Positions 45,677 to 55,000 of a DNA stretch of 64,000 bases are shown here, piece after piece. Made by a program: the position numbers and the translations under genes. The stretch is from a virus. Below the pieces are notes generated by a model, which saw nothing but the letters and a program-made list of their open reading frames with translations, did not search any database and had not been told where the DNA came from. Where the stretch lies: positions 32,001-96,000 of IMG/VR virus record IMGVR_UViG_3300012209_000005. One strand, 5' to 3'. Numbering within the stretch: position 1 is the first letter of the stretch; every line of letters begins with the position of its first letter.

Positions 45677-48600
45677 TTACCTCGCCCATTCGCTTGACGG
45701 CACCCCGTACTCCCACCGCTGCTCCGGGTCCGCGTAACCCCAGCGCCCGTCGTCAGTCCCGTACTTCCACTGCCCTCCCGGGCTGCCCTCCGCCCACTGG
45801 TGGTGCGGCACCCCGGTCCTGGTCGCCAGTGCCCCGGCTGTCTCAGCGGGAGCCTGGAAGGGGACCAGCTGGATGATCATCCCCCGGCGGGCCTTGTCCG
45901 CCCGGGTGAAGTTCACCCTCCGTGTCGTCTTGAACTCCGGGGGGTAAGCCGGGATGACCGCGGTCTTCGGGATGCCGGTGAACTTCCCGCGTCGCGGCGG
46001 GGACAGTTTCGGACGGCGCGGCGACAGCCAGCCCGGGACCGCGGGCGGCGCGGGGAAGGCGATGACGCTGAAATACTGCCCGTGGCTTTCGCGGACCAGG
46101 CTCCGCTTATCCTGGCGCGTGAACTGCGGCAGGCCCGGGTTCGCGGACAGGCTGAACTGCCCGGGGTTGAAGAACCTGCCCTGGCTCCGGCGCAGCGTCA
46201 GCCGCTTCGGCTGCGCCTGCCGGGTGAACCCCGGGTAGGCGTTCCCGTTAAGGCTGAACTGCCCCGGGCTGGAGAACTTCCCGCGCGGGTACCGGACGAC
46301 CCTGCGGGAATCCTGCCGGGTGAACGAGGGGTAGGCGTTCCCGTCCAGGTTGAACTGCCCCGGGGTGAAGAACCTGCCCCTCGGCGGGCGGATGATCCTC
46401 CTGCTGTCCTGCCGGGTGAACAGCGGGAAGGTAACGCCCTGGTTGCCCTGCCCCCATGCCTGCCCGGGGAACTTCCCCTGGCTGCGGCGCAGGGTAACCC
46501 GGGAAAGCCCCGCCTGCCGCAGGTACAGCGGGAACTGGACCGGAGTCCCCCCGGGCGGCGGGGGCGCCTCGGCGAAGAAGAACCTGCCCCTCGGAGCGCG
46601 CAGCGTGAACCGCGACGCGTTCCCGGACTGCCGGGTAAACAGCGGGAAGGCGGCACCCTGGTTCCCCTGCCCGAGACCCGGGACGCCGAACCGCCCGTGC
46701 GGGATACGTGCCGGGACTGCCCGTTCCTGCCGCGTGATAAACTGCGGCGGCGGGATAACCTTCCCTGCGACCGGGACCCCGAAGACCCTGCCGCGCGGGT
46801 TCCGCAGCGTCAGCCTGGACGCGACCCCCGCCTGGCGCTCGTACAGCGGGAAGACTATGCCCTGGTTACCCTGCCCCAGCCCGGGGAACTGGTAGCGCCC
46901 CCGCGAGATGCGCAGCGAGATCGCGCGCACCTGGCGGCCGGCGAACTGGGGCGGGGGAACGACCTTCCCGGCAGCGGGAGTCCCGAAGAACCTGCCCCGC
47001 GGGCTGCGCACCGTGAACCGGGACGCATTCCCGGACTGCCGCTCGTACAGGGGGAGCCGGGTACCGGTGTTCCCCTGTCCCCACTCCTGGCCGAAGAATA
47101 TCCCGCGGGTCCTGCGGGCGGCGGCGATGAGCCGCTGCGTCCCCTGCGCCTGCCGGGCGTACAGGGGGAACTGGATCCCCTGGTTGCCCTGGCCCCAGCC
47201 TGGACTGAGCCAGTGCCCCCGGGAGATGCGCGGGGCCCACCTGGGCGCGGAGCCCGCGATGCGGGTGAACGAGGGGAACGCCTGGTTGACCAAGCCGAAC
47301 TGGCCGGGACTGAAGTACTGCCCTTCGCTGCGCCGCAGGGTCAGGCGCTTCGACTGGGCCTGCCTGGCGTACAGCGGGAAGGCGGTTCCCTGGTTACCCT
47401 GTCCGAAGCCGGGAACCTGGTAGCGCCCGCGTGCGACCCGCACGGGCGGGACCGCGCGCAGCCGGCTGGCGAACTGGGGCGGCGGGGCAGTCGCCACGAC
47501 AGCCGGGACACCGGAGAACCTGCCCCTGGGGTTCCGCAGCGCCTGCCGGGAAGACTGTGCCTGGCGGGTGAACAGCGGGAAGGCTACGCCCTGGTTGCCC
47601 TGCCCCAGCCCCCAGCCGAAGAACCGCCCCTGGGACTGCGACCAGCGCAGCATCAGCCGCTGAGCCGAGGTTCCCGGGCGCAGGAACGCCGGGACCGCGG
47701 GAACCGCGGCGACCGTGGTAAAGGAGACGGTCAGCGTCCCCGCCGGGTGCGCCGAACCCAGCGTCCACGTGACGCTGTAGGACGCGGGCGGCGCGCCAGC
47801 GCGGACCGCACCCCGGCCGGAACCCGCTATCCCGTCATCGAAGTCGGAGAGCGCGGTGAACCCGGCGGTCGCCGTGACCCCGGTCGCCTGAGCGTAGTGA
47901 ACCGCCGCGACAACCAGGTCCGCCGGGCCCGTCGTCGCGATAGACGGGGTGGCGATCGTCGTCGAGCTGGCCGCGGCGGACCCGTCGGGGCTGGCCGAGT
48001 CCAGTCCCAGGTACGCCGGGGGGCTCTTGTACTCCTGGATGTTCCAGGCCCAGGTCTGGGACGTGCCGCTGTTGCCCTGCACCCACACGACGGACGCGGC
48101 ATTCAGCGCGTACCAGCATTCGACCCGGGTGTTGCTCTGCCCGGATACGGCCCCGCGAGTGGCGAGCCGCCAGGTGTTGCCCGCGGAGTCGGTGACCGAC
48201 GTCAGCGCCCCGGTGGCCAGCCCCCCGGAGCGGGTGAAAATCCCGACGAGCAGGGAGCCCTGCCCGGTGGTGATGGTGATCTGCGGCGTGTTATTCGCCG
48301 CCGCGGCCGACCCCGTGACCTGCAGGATCGTCAGGAAGCCGGGGAAGAACCTGCCCTGGCTGCGGCGCAGGGTGAGGTGCTGCGACCCGGAGGAGGACTG
48401 GCGGGCGAACGGCGGCGGGAACCCCGGGACAACCGGGGTGACCGGGGCGGTGAACTTCCCCTGGCCGCGGCGCAGGGTGGGCCTGGGCTGGGCCTGGCGG
48501 AGGTACAGGGGGAACCGGGTTCCCTGGTTACCCTGTCCCCACGCCTGGTTGAAAAACTGCCCGCGCGCCGGGCGGACGGTACGCAGGCTCAGCCGCCGCG

Positions 48601-50161
48601 ACTGTGCCTGCTGCGCGAACAGCGGAAACGCGGTGCCCTGGTTGCCCTGGCCCCACGCCTGGAAAACCCTGCCACGCGGCGGAGTGCGCAGCGCGAGCCG
48701 GGAGGGGGCGCCGCGCTGGATGAACGCGGGAACCCCGGTGACGGCGGCAGGCGCGGGACCCGCGTCCGCCCGCCACGGCGGCCACGGCGCGAACGGGGTC
48801 CCCCCGGGCATCCCCGGACCCCGGGCCGGGGCGGACCACGGGGCGTGGAGGTCCGCCCCGGCGCTGTCCCCGGCGATGCTCCCGGCCAGCTTGAACGCGA
48901 CGAAAACCGTGGCCCAGGCAGTGGCAACCCCGGCGCCGGTGATCGCAGAACTCGCCGTCTCCGCGGCCCCGGTGCTGCTGCCGTATGACGGCACGCAGTT
49001 GAAGATGACCGTGGCGTTTCTCGCGTTGGCGTCCCGCGTATACGTCGTGCTGCCGGTCGGGGCGGCCCAGGTGAGCGTGGAATTCTCGGAGTCACCGCCG
49101 ACCGCGACCAGGTATTCGCCCGCCGCCGTGGTCGAGTACGCGCCGCAGGCGATGGGGCCGTTCGCGGAAATGCTCCCCGTGCTGGTCACGGCGGTGCCGT
49201 CGGCCATCGCGGTCGTGTTGCCGGCGAGCAGCCCGGAGACTTCCTGGATGACGAACCCGAACGACTGGTTACCGCCGGCCTGCGTAGCCGTGAGAGTCGG
49301 CTTAGTGCCGACATCAGCGGCGGGCGTGTCCATCGCCCAGACGCTCAGCTCGCCGCTCGCGGCGGCGTTATTCAAGAACGCCGACCCGATCTTCGTCATC
49401 GCGTTGAGCGCGGCGTCCTTGACCGCCGTAACCTGCGGGTTACCGCCGCCCCCGGTGGTGATGAACGCGATCAGCTTACTGCCGGACACCACGTTGTTCG
49501 GGTACGTGACAGCGGCGGCACCCGGGTCAAGGCCAGTGCTGGCCGACTGCAGAACCCGCCAGGCCGGCCCGACCAGCACCATGATGCCGAAGGCCTGGCC
49601 GGTGTCACCCCACACCGGGGCAGTCGCGGTACCCGCGGCGCAGCTCAGGTTGTACGCCCGGCCGTTGCCGGCGCCGTCGCCCTGCGCGGTGTAAACATAC
49701 CCGCTGGTGGACCCGGCGGTAGCCGCGCCGACGTCAAGCGCGTACCCCCAGTAAAGCTCCCCGGAGGTCGCCGGGGTCAGCGACGCCCAGGTGGTGTTGC
49801 CGAGAGTAGTGTCGATGTGCCCCTGCACGTCGAGCACCGGGGTCCCGGTGGTGGAGGAAAACTCCTGCCCGGCGATACTCTGCCCGGAGACCGTGCCCGC
49901 GCCGAATGTCGCGGTCACCGTGGCCGTGCTCGTGGAGGTGACCGTCCCGAGGAACACCTGGGCGGTAAAAAGGTTCGCGGTGCCCGCGAACGACGTCCCC
50001 AGCAGCGACCAGGTGACATTCGTGCTGGCCAGCGACGTGCATACCGCCGAAGCCTGGTTGATGACACTGCACAGGATGAAGTTGCCCACCCCGCCGGGGG
50101 TCAGCGAGATCGTCGAGGCACCCTGCTCCCCGAACCCGGTCCCGACCGCGGTGAAGGTCAC
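45677..50161 (-). CDS. 1494-aa virion-associated repeat protein
   Basis: Three Thr/Ala-rich beta domains plus many RGRFF..GQGNQG..FPLxxRQ repeats. Confidence 0.75.
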   Translation of the reverse strand: MTFTAVGTGFGEQGASTISLTPGGVGNFILCSVINQASAVCTSLASTNVTWSLLGTSFAGTANLFTAQVFLGTVTSTSTATVTATFGAGTVSGQSIAGQEFSSTTGTPVLDVQGHIDTTLGNTTWASLTPATSGELYWGYALDVGAATAGSTSGYVYTAQGDGAGNGRAYNLSCAAGTATAPVWGDTGQAFGIMVLVGPAWRVLQSASTGLDPGAAAVTYPNNVVSGSKLIAFITTGGGGNPQVTAVKDAALNAMTKIGSAFLNNAAASGELSVWAMDTPAADVGTKPTLTATQAGGNQSFGFVIQEVSGLLAGNTTAMADGTAVTSTGSISANGPIACGAYSTTAAGEYLVAVGGDSENSTLTWAAPTGSTTYTRDANARNATVIFNCVPSYGSSTGAAETASSAITGAGVATAWATVFVAFKLAGSIAGDSAGADLHAPWSAPARGPGMPGGTPFAPWPPWRADAGPAPAAVTGVPAFIQRGAPSRLALRTPPRGRVFQAWGQGNQGTAFPLFAQQAQSRRLSLRTVRPARGQFFNQAWGQGNQGTRFPLYLRQAQPRPTLRRGQGKFTAPVTPVVPGFPPPFARQSSSGSQHLTLRRSQGRFFPGFLTILQVTGSAAAANNTPQITITTGQGSLLVGIFTRSGGLATGALTSVTDSAGNTWRLATRGAVSGQSNTRVECWYALNAASVVWVQGNSGTSQTWAWNIQEYKSPPAYLGLDSASPDGSAAASSTTIATPSIATTGPADLVVAAVHYAQATGVTATAGFTALSDFDDGIAGSGRGAVRAGAPPASYSVTWTLGSAHPAGTLTVSFTTVAAVPAVPAFLRPGTSAQRLMLRWSQSQGRFFGWGLGQGNQGVAFPLFTRQAQSSRQALRNPRGRFSGVPAVVATAPPPQFASRLRAVPPVRVARGRYQVPGFGQGNQGTAFPLYARQAQSKRLTLRRSEGQYFSPGQFGLVNQAFPSFTRIAGSAPRWAPRISRGHWLSPGWGQGNQGIQFPLYARQAQGTQRLIAAARRTRGIFFGQEWGQGNTGTRLPLYERQSGNASRFTVRSPRGRFFGTPAAGKVVPPPQFAGRQVRAISLRISRGRYQFPGLGQGNQGIVFPLYERQAGVASRLTLRNPRGRVFGVPVAGKVIPPPQFITRQERAVPARIPHGRFGVPGLGQGNQGAAFPLFTRQSGNASRFTLRAPRGRFFFAEAPPPPGGTPVQFPLYLRQAGLSRVTLRRSQGKFPGQAWGQGNQGVTFPLFTRQDSRRIIRPPRGRFFTPGQFNLDGNAYPSFTRQDSRRVVRYPRGKFSSPGQFSLNGNAYPGFTRQAQPKRLTLRRSQGRFFNPGQFSLSANPGLPQFTRQDKRSLVRESHGQYFSVIAFPAPPAVPGWLSPRRPKLSPPRRGKFTGIPKTAVIPAYPPEFKTTRRVNFTRADKARRGMIIQLVPFQAPAETAGALATRTGVPHHQWAEGSPGGQWKYGTDDGRWGYADPEQRWEYGVPSSEWAR

Positions 50162-50189
50162 CGGGACCTCCTCCCGTTACGGACAGGGC

Positions 50190-50750
50190 TCAGCCCAGGA
50201 TCTCCACACTCAGGCTGTAGCAGGTCAGGGTGGGCGCCCCGGTGGTCGCCGACCAGGCAGCCCCCACCGTGACCACCTTGGCCAGGCTGGTGTCGATGGT
50301 CACCGTCCGCGCAGCCGCGGTCTGCGGGATCGGGTACACGGTCTGCGCGGTGGCCAGGCCCGTGGTCGCGCCCGGGAGGTGGATGAGCCCGGAGCCCTTG
50401 ATCGTCCCGGCGGTGCCGGTGGTGCGGATCTCCCCCTCGTATTCCATCCACCACGGGACCGCGGTCTCCGAGACCACGACGGCGAGCGCCGCGCCGGCGG
50501 CGATGGCAGCCCCGGCGATCCCCCCGTAGTAGAACCCGAGGGTGAGGGTGTCGGCGGTGGAGCCGATGGTCAGCTCACCGCGGGCGCGCAGGCGGAGCAC
50601 GCTGCCCTGCTCCAGCATCCCGGCGGGGATCGTCTTCCCGAGGAAGAGGACGTTGGAGGTGGCGTCGGTGAGGGTGGCGGCGGTGACCGGGGTGCCGTCA
50701 GCGGCGGTGAGGGGCCCGACCGGGGCGGACCAGTAGGTGCGCGCAGCCAC
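50190..50750 (-). CDS. virion structural protein
   Basis: Thr/Ala-rich; AGGAG RBS. Confidence 0.65.
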   Translation of the reverse strand: MAARTYWSAPVGPLTAADGTPVTAATLTDATSNVLFLGKTIPAGMLEQGSVLRLRARGELTIGSTADTLTLGFYYGGIAGAAIAAGAALAVVVSETAVPWWMEYEGEIRTTGTAGTIKGSGLIHLPGATTGLATAQTVYPIPQTAAARTVTIDTSLAKVVTVGAAWSATTGAPTLTCYSLSVEILG

Positions 50751-50782
50751 ATGGGCTCCTTAGATCGAGTTGAAGTAGGCCG

Positions 50783-51286
50783 TCACTCCTCGATCTCGAA
50801 CGAGACCACGTAGAGGTGCGCGCTCGGGAGCGCGTTGCCGATGTTGAAGAACGCGATCCCGTTCCCGGACGCCCCGGAGACGTACAGCTCCTCCAGCAGC
50901 TCCCACGGCAGGTCCACCCCGGACTGGGTGTTGAAGGAGACCTCGAAGGAGTAGTTCGCCAGCGCGGTGCCCGCGAGAGTCGGGGTGGTAGACCACGCCG
51001 AGTCCAGTGCCACCGAGGTGGCGAAGCTGTTCGGGTCCAGCTTGTTCAGCGCCGCCGTGGTCGTCTGGGTGCCTCTCACGCTGCACCGGATCGCGGCGAC
51101 GGACACCTGCTGCGAGGTGGGCGCGCCGGTGCCGGCGCGGACCCCGAGAGTGAGCCGCCTGACCTTGAACGAGGAGCCCGCGGTCAGGACAAGCGCCGCG
51201 AACAGGCCGCCGGTCGTGGCGGATGCCGAGTTGATACCGGTACCGAGAGCAGCCGCGCTTTCCACGACTCCGTTAAAACGTGCCAC
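50783..51286 (-). CDS. virion structural protein
   Basis: GGAGG RBS, GTG start; beta-rich, ends FEIEE. Confidence 0.65.
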   Translation of the reverse strand: MARFNGVVESAAALGTGINSASATTGGLFAALVLTAGSSFKVRRLTLGVRAGTGAPTSQQVSVAAIRCSVRGTQTTTAALNKLDPNSFATSVALDSAWSTTPTLAGTALANYSFEVSFNTQSGVDLPWELLEELYVSGASGNGIAFFNIGNALPSAHLYVVSFEIEE

Positions 51287-51584
51287 ACGCCTCCATGACG
51301 TTGTTTCCGGGCATAAAAAAAGCCCCATTCCGGGGCATGGGCATAAAGATCCAGTTCCCACTATATATGAGACTGGAACTGCAGCGCAATAATAACGGCT
51401 TGTTCTGCTGTGCCGCGATACTCGCGTTGATCATCGAGGACGTGACGCGGATCATCCATTCCATCGCCTGCGCCTCGGTGAACCCGGCGAGAACAGCCGC
51501 CTCGAACATCCTGCGGGCATTTTTCGCCATCGGGAAGAAGTCATCCTCGTCACCGCTGAACGGGTCCTGGGGTAGTCCGTCCAT
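51273..51584 (-). CDS. hypothetical protein
   Basis: MFEAAVLAGFTEAQAM motif common in actinophage small proteins. Confidence 0.6.
   Translation of the reverse strand: MDGLPQDPFSGDEDDFFPMAKNARRMFEAAVLAGFTEAQAMEWMIRVTSSMINASIAAQQNKPLLLRCSSSLIYSGNWIFMPMPRNGAFFMPGNNVMEACGTF
51315..51389 (-). promoter_or_regulatory. promoter followed by intrinsic terminator
   Basis: TTGCGC-18-TATAGT flanked by inverted repeat CAGTTCC/GGAACTG; GCCCC-GGAAT-GGGGC then a T run. Confidence 0.6.
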
Positions 51585-51587
51585 TAC

Positions 51588-51824
51588 TTACTCCTCATCG
51601 AAAACATCCTCGGGATAGATGGTCTCCGAGTCGTCATAGGCCTGGTCAGGCCAGTATTCCACCTTGACGCGGGTCCCGGCCCCCGGGCCCTGGCCCAGCC
51701 ACTCCTGCAATTTCACCCGCGGGCAGGCGCGCAGATGGTAACCCCCGCAGTCGTAACATGCGCTGTCGGGGCGCTCGGGGAAAACAGCGCGAAGATCCCT
51801 CTTCTCCTCAGCGGTCAGTTTCAC
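51588..51824 (-). CDS. small Zn-binding protein
   Basis: CYDCGGYHLRACPR. Confidence 0.6.
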   Translation of the reverse strand: MKLTAEEKRDLRAVFPERPDSACYDCGGYHLRACPRVKLQEWLGQGPGAGTRVKVEYWPDQAYDDSETIYPEDVFDEE

Positions 51825-52020
51825 CGGTCTTCTCGAACTCCTTCCAGGGTATGCAGAACGCGTCGTCGTAATGCCGGCCGTTATGCCCTTTCCTCAGCGT
51901 GCAGATCAGCCACGTCCCGCCCCCGTCGAGGAACGCGCGCACCCTCCTGCCGCAAAGGGTCTGCCCAATGGGGTCAGAGCTTTCGCCCGGCGAACCAGTT
52001 TTTCTTTCCGGAGTACTCAT
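51808..52020 (-). CDS. small Zn-binding protein
   Basis: C...CTLRKGHNGRH. Confidence 0.5.
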   Translation of the reverse strand: MSTPERKTGSPGESSDPIGQTLCGRRVRAFLDGGGTWLICTLRKGHNGRHYDDAFCIPWKEFEKTGETDR

Positions 52021-53698
52021 GAGAAGCTCCCGGTGCCATCGTCCTGGCTACCTGCGCCATATAGGCCATCGGGTCGATATGGCATTCGGGGCAGTGATCT
52101 TTGCTGATCGGGTACTTGCCCCCGCAGGTATCGCACTGGGTGAGGTAGCCTTTCCACCAGCGTGTCGCGGCCTTCTCCTCGTTGCGCCTCTCCGCGTACC
52201 TGTCGCGCCTGTCCCAGTTAGCCTCCGTCCCGCAGGCGGGGCAATGCGGCTTCAGCTTGTGCACGAGCACGCCGCACTTGGAGCACGGCTGGAAGGAATA
52301 CGCCTGGAACCAGTTGATATCCATGCCTTTCACCAGCTGGAACATCGCCCAGACGAAGGCGTCGGCATGGTCGTCGGCCAGCTTCTTGCGGTCCTGCTCG
52401 GGCCTCATCCGGGCCAGCTGCAGCTCAAGCTCGTCGTGGTACCCGACCATGTGGATGCGGCCCACCTCGTTGAGCCTGGCGATCTGCAAGGCGCGGATTT
52501 CCTTCGTCTTCATGGCCCGCACCGTGAAAATGTCGATGGACGAATCCCGGGACCGGATCGCGTCGGGCACGTAGTCGCCGCCCTGGTTGACTTCCAGGAT
52601 GACCAGGGACGCGCCGTGCTTAAACCACATCGTCTGGACGATCTGGGTGAGCCCGTCCGGGGTGTACTTCCCGGAGGCATCCTCAAGCACATAGGAGTGG
52701 TATTCCCCGTTCACCTGCCCCTTGCCGACAACCACGATGCCGCTCTCGTCACTGCGGGCGTTCGTCGTCATCGCCGGGTCCACCCCGATCATCACCTCGT
52801 CAAGCTGGGGGATCTCGGACTCGGTGACCCGGAAGCGGTCGAAGTCGCGGCGCTTGAAGAAGGACATGGCCGACTCAAGGCCCAGCTCGGCCTCAAGCTC
52901 CTGCAGGATTTCCTCCGGGGACAGGGCGGCGTACATATCCTTGACCGCCTGCTCGGACAGCCAGTGCGCTTCCTTCGTCTTCGCCCGGGTCAGGTGGTAG
53001 TGCACGGGATCGGCCCTGCACTGCTTGATGAGGAAGTCCATGAGCTTGTTGCCCTCGCGGGGCGTGGCGGTGATCACCACGCGGGGCTCGCCGCCGTCCG
53101 CCCGCTTGATGCGCAGCGCGGGGCGCAGGACCTCGGTGTAAAACTTGTCGTCGGAGTACGACGCCAGCTCATCCAGCCAGGCGAACGTCAGGTTGGACCC
53201 GCGGATGGTGTCCGGGTTCTCGGCGGAGAAGCCCTGGATGCTCGACCCGTTGTGAAGCTCGATTTTCAGGTTGTTCTTGTTGTAGGAGCGCTCCTCGCCC
53301 CCGGCGAACCTGTCCAGCACCTTGCGGATCCCCGAGGGGCCCTCGAAGCAGACCTCACGGACCCCCTGGAAGGTGGGGGCGACCACCGCGATCTGGCACC
53401 CGGGGTTGGTGAGCGCCATGTGAACCACCCACTTGGCCCCGGACTGCGTTTTGCCGTACCCGCGGCCGGCGACGAAAACCCAGTACACCCAGTCCTTGCT
53501 CACCCCGGTGCAGCCGCAGGCGCGTTCCGACCCGTCAGGGTCGGTGTACGGCTTATGATGACGCGGGTGGTCGGGGGGCAGCTGCTTGTTGGTGGCCTCG
53601 TGCTCCCAGCGGCGCTCGTCGCGGAGCTTCTCGGAGCGGATCTTATCCAGGAGCTGCTGGAGCTGCCCGGGGGTCAGCTTGCTGTAATCTCGCGGCAC
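51974..53698 (-). CDS. terL: terminase large subunit with C-terminal double zinc ribbon
   Basis: Walker A AGRGYGKT, Walker B AWLDE, nuclease GVDPA..SDESG, DDHADA. Confidence 0.93.
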   Translation of the reverse strand: MPRDYSKLTPGQLQQLLDKIRSEKLRDERRWEHEATNKQLPPDHPRHHKPYTDPDGSERACGCTGVSKDWVYWVFVAGRGYGKTQSGAKWVVHMALTNPGCQIAVVAPTFQGVREVCFEGPSGIRKVLDRFAGGEERSYNKNNLKIELHNGSSIQGFSAENPDTIRGSNLTFAWLDELASYSDDKFYTEVLRPALRIKRADGGEPRVVITATPREGNKLMDFLIKQCRADPVHYHLTRAKTKEAHWLSEQAVKDMYAALSPEEILQELEAELGLESAMSFFKRRDFDRFRVTESEIPQLDEVMIGVDPAMTTNARSDESGIVVVGKGQVNGEYHSYVLEDASGKYTPDGLTQIVQTMWFKHGASLVILEVNQGGDYVPDAIRSRDSSIDIFTVRAMKTKEIRALQIARLNEVGRIHMVGYHDELELQLARMRPEQDRKKLADDHADAFVWAMFQLVKGMDINWFQAYSFQPCSKCGVLVHKLKPHCPACGTEANWDRRDRYAERRNEEKAATRWWKGYLTQCDTCGGKYPISKDHCPECHIDPMAYMAQVARTMAPGASHEYSGKKNWFAGRKL

Positions 53699-53727
53699 AC
53701 ACCTCCCTGCTCCTCCCGGGCATGGCA

Positions 53728-53763
53728 AAGCCCCCGGGGGTTCCCGCTTTTCCCCGGGGGCTT
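53728..53763. terminator. hairpin after the LysM gene
   Basis: AAGCCCCCGGGG...CCCCGGGGGCTT. Confidence 0.55.
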
Positions 53764-53776
53764 CACTCGCGCATAG

Positions 53777-54619
53777 TTACGGCTTACAGACCCACTGCGC
53801 CCAGGTGTCCCCGCTGGCCCTGAACTTGGACACGGCGTTCTCCGCGTTCACGTACGGGTTGTTCAAGTCGCCCCCGACGACCGCGCCGAGGATCTGCCAG
53901 AGCCCGGTCGCGCCGCTCGGGTTGTAGGCGCTCACCCGGCCCCCCGACTCGCACTCGGCGACGGAAGCCGCGGCGGACTCAGCCCACGCGGGACCGCCCG
54001 CGGACACCCACAGCCTCTCCAGCCCCGCGAACGAGTACATCCCGCTGGCATTGTAGGCGGCCACCCTCACCGACGCGTGATGCCGCCGGAGTGCGTGACG
54101 CTGCGGCGCGGAGCAGGCTGTGTCCCACCCGTCGCCGTCCCCGTCACCGCACTTGTACGGGTGGCCGTAGGTCCCGGCCTTCGGGGGGTCCGCCTTCGGG
54201 GCCGCCTTCGGGGGGTCCGCCACGGCAGCGGCGGAGCAGGACAGGACGAGACGCTCCCTCGGGAAGATCAGGTTCGGGTCTTTCACCTGGCTCTTGTTCG
54301 CCGCCGCGATCCCCGTCCAGTCGCCGGCGTCATGGCAGCGGCCTGCCGCGATCCCCGACAGGGTGTCGCCCGCGCGCACGGTGACGAAGCTCAGCGCGAC
54401 GGCCCTGGCGACGGAGGCGCCGAGGGAAGCGGAGCTTCGCTCCCCGACGGAAGGCTTGTAGACGGCATCCGGGGCAGGGGCGGTGACCGCCGGGCCCTGG
54501 TGAGGGGTGACAACCTGCGCGTGCGCGGCAGGTACGATGAACATGGCGCTCGCGGCGACAGCTGCAGGACCTGCTGCAAGCGAGGCTGCCTTGATGAGGG
54601 GACGGCTATGCCTGCCCAT
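53777..54619 (-). CDS. secreted LysM and lytic transglycosylase (Rpf/SLT-like) protein
   Basis: MGRHSRP leader and AHA signal site; TVRAGDTLSGIA..DPNLIFP (LysM); CESGG..AYNPSGATGLWQI. Confidence 0.85.
   Translation of the reverse strand: MGRHSRPLIKAASLAAGPAAVAASAMFIVPAAHAQVVTPHQGPAVTAPAPDAVYKPSVGERSSASLGASVARAVALSFVTVRAGDTLSGIAAGRCHDAGDWTGIAAANKSQVKDPNLIFPRERLVLSCSAAAVADPPKAAPKADPPKAGTYGHPYKCGDGDGDGWDTACSAPQRHALRRHHASVRVAAYNASGMYSFAGLERLWVSAGGPAWAESAAASVAECESGGRVSAYNPSGATGLWQILGAVVGGDLNNPYVNAENAVSKFRASGDTWAQWVCKP
54424..54445 (+). repeat. reference copy of the dispersed hairpin repeat GGGAAGC-GGA-GCTTCGCTCCCC
   Basis: Other cores at 3987, 7441, 28760, 31986, 54826, 55354, 60180 and a degenerate one at 2795. 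Confidence 0.8.
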
Positions 54620-55000
54620 ATGAAAGCTGACTCCCTGGATGAGGGTTATGCCCTTATTCCCCAGCCGGAAGGACAAGCAAGAAGTCCGGGGTCCGGGGAC
54701 ATCAAGGCCTGGTAAAATCCGCACCAGGGCGCAATTGTCCTTGGTCCAGATATACGGTATCCTTGCATCCGATGTCAACAGCTGTCAGGCGAAACGGGAA
54801 AAAGGTCACGGAAGCATCTCCAGGAGAAGCGGAGCTTCACTCCCCGGGTGACTGGCTCCTGCAGCAATACGAGAAAACCCTCGCCGCTGACTTCTTCTTC
54901 CCGGGGACGGCTGTCGTGCGGCCGGTCATCCAGGTGCTCGCTGACCACCCGTCGCGCTGCGCGCTGTGCGGGACCTCTGACTGGGACGAAGACTCCTGGA

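Noticed and set aside
45900-48750. CRISPR array or DGR in the repeated CCCTGGTTGCCCTG segments
   Set aside because: The repeats are in-frame coding repeats with synonymous variation; no cas or reverse transcriptase genes in the window
9591-48988. Very long plus-strand ORFs (9591-13292, 13129-16845, 17559-21278, 34389-39371, 45800-48988)
   Set aside because: Antisense shadows of high-GC genes with strong codon bias; no recognisable motifs
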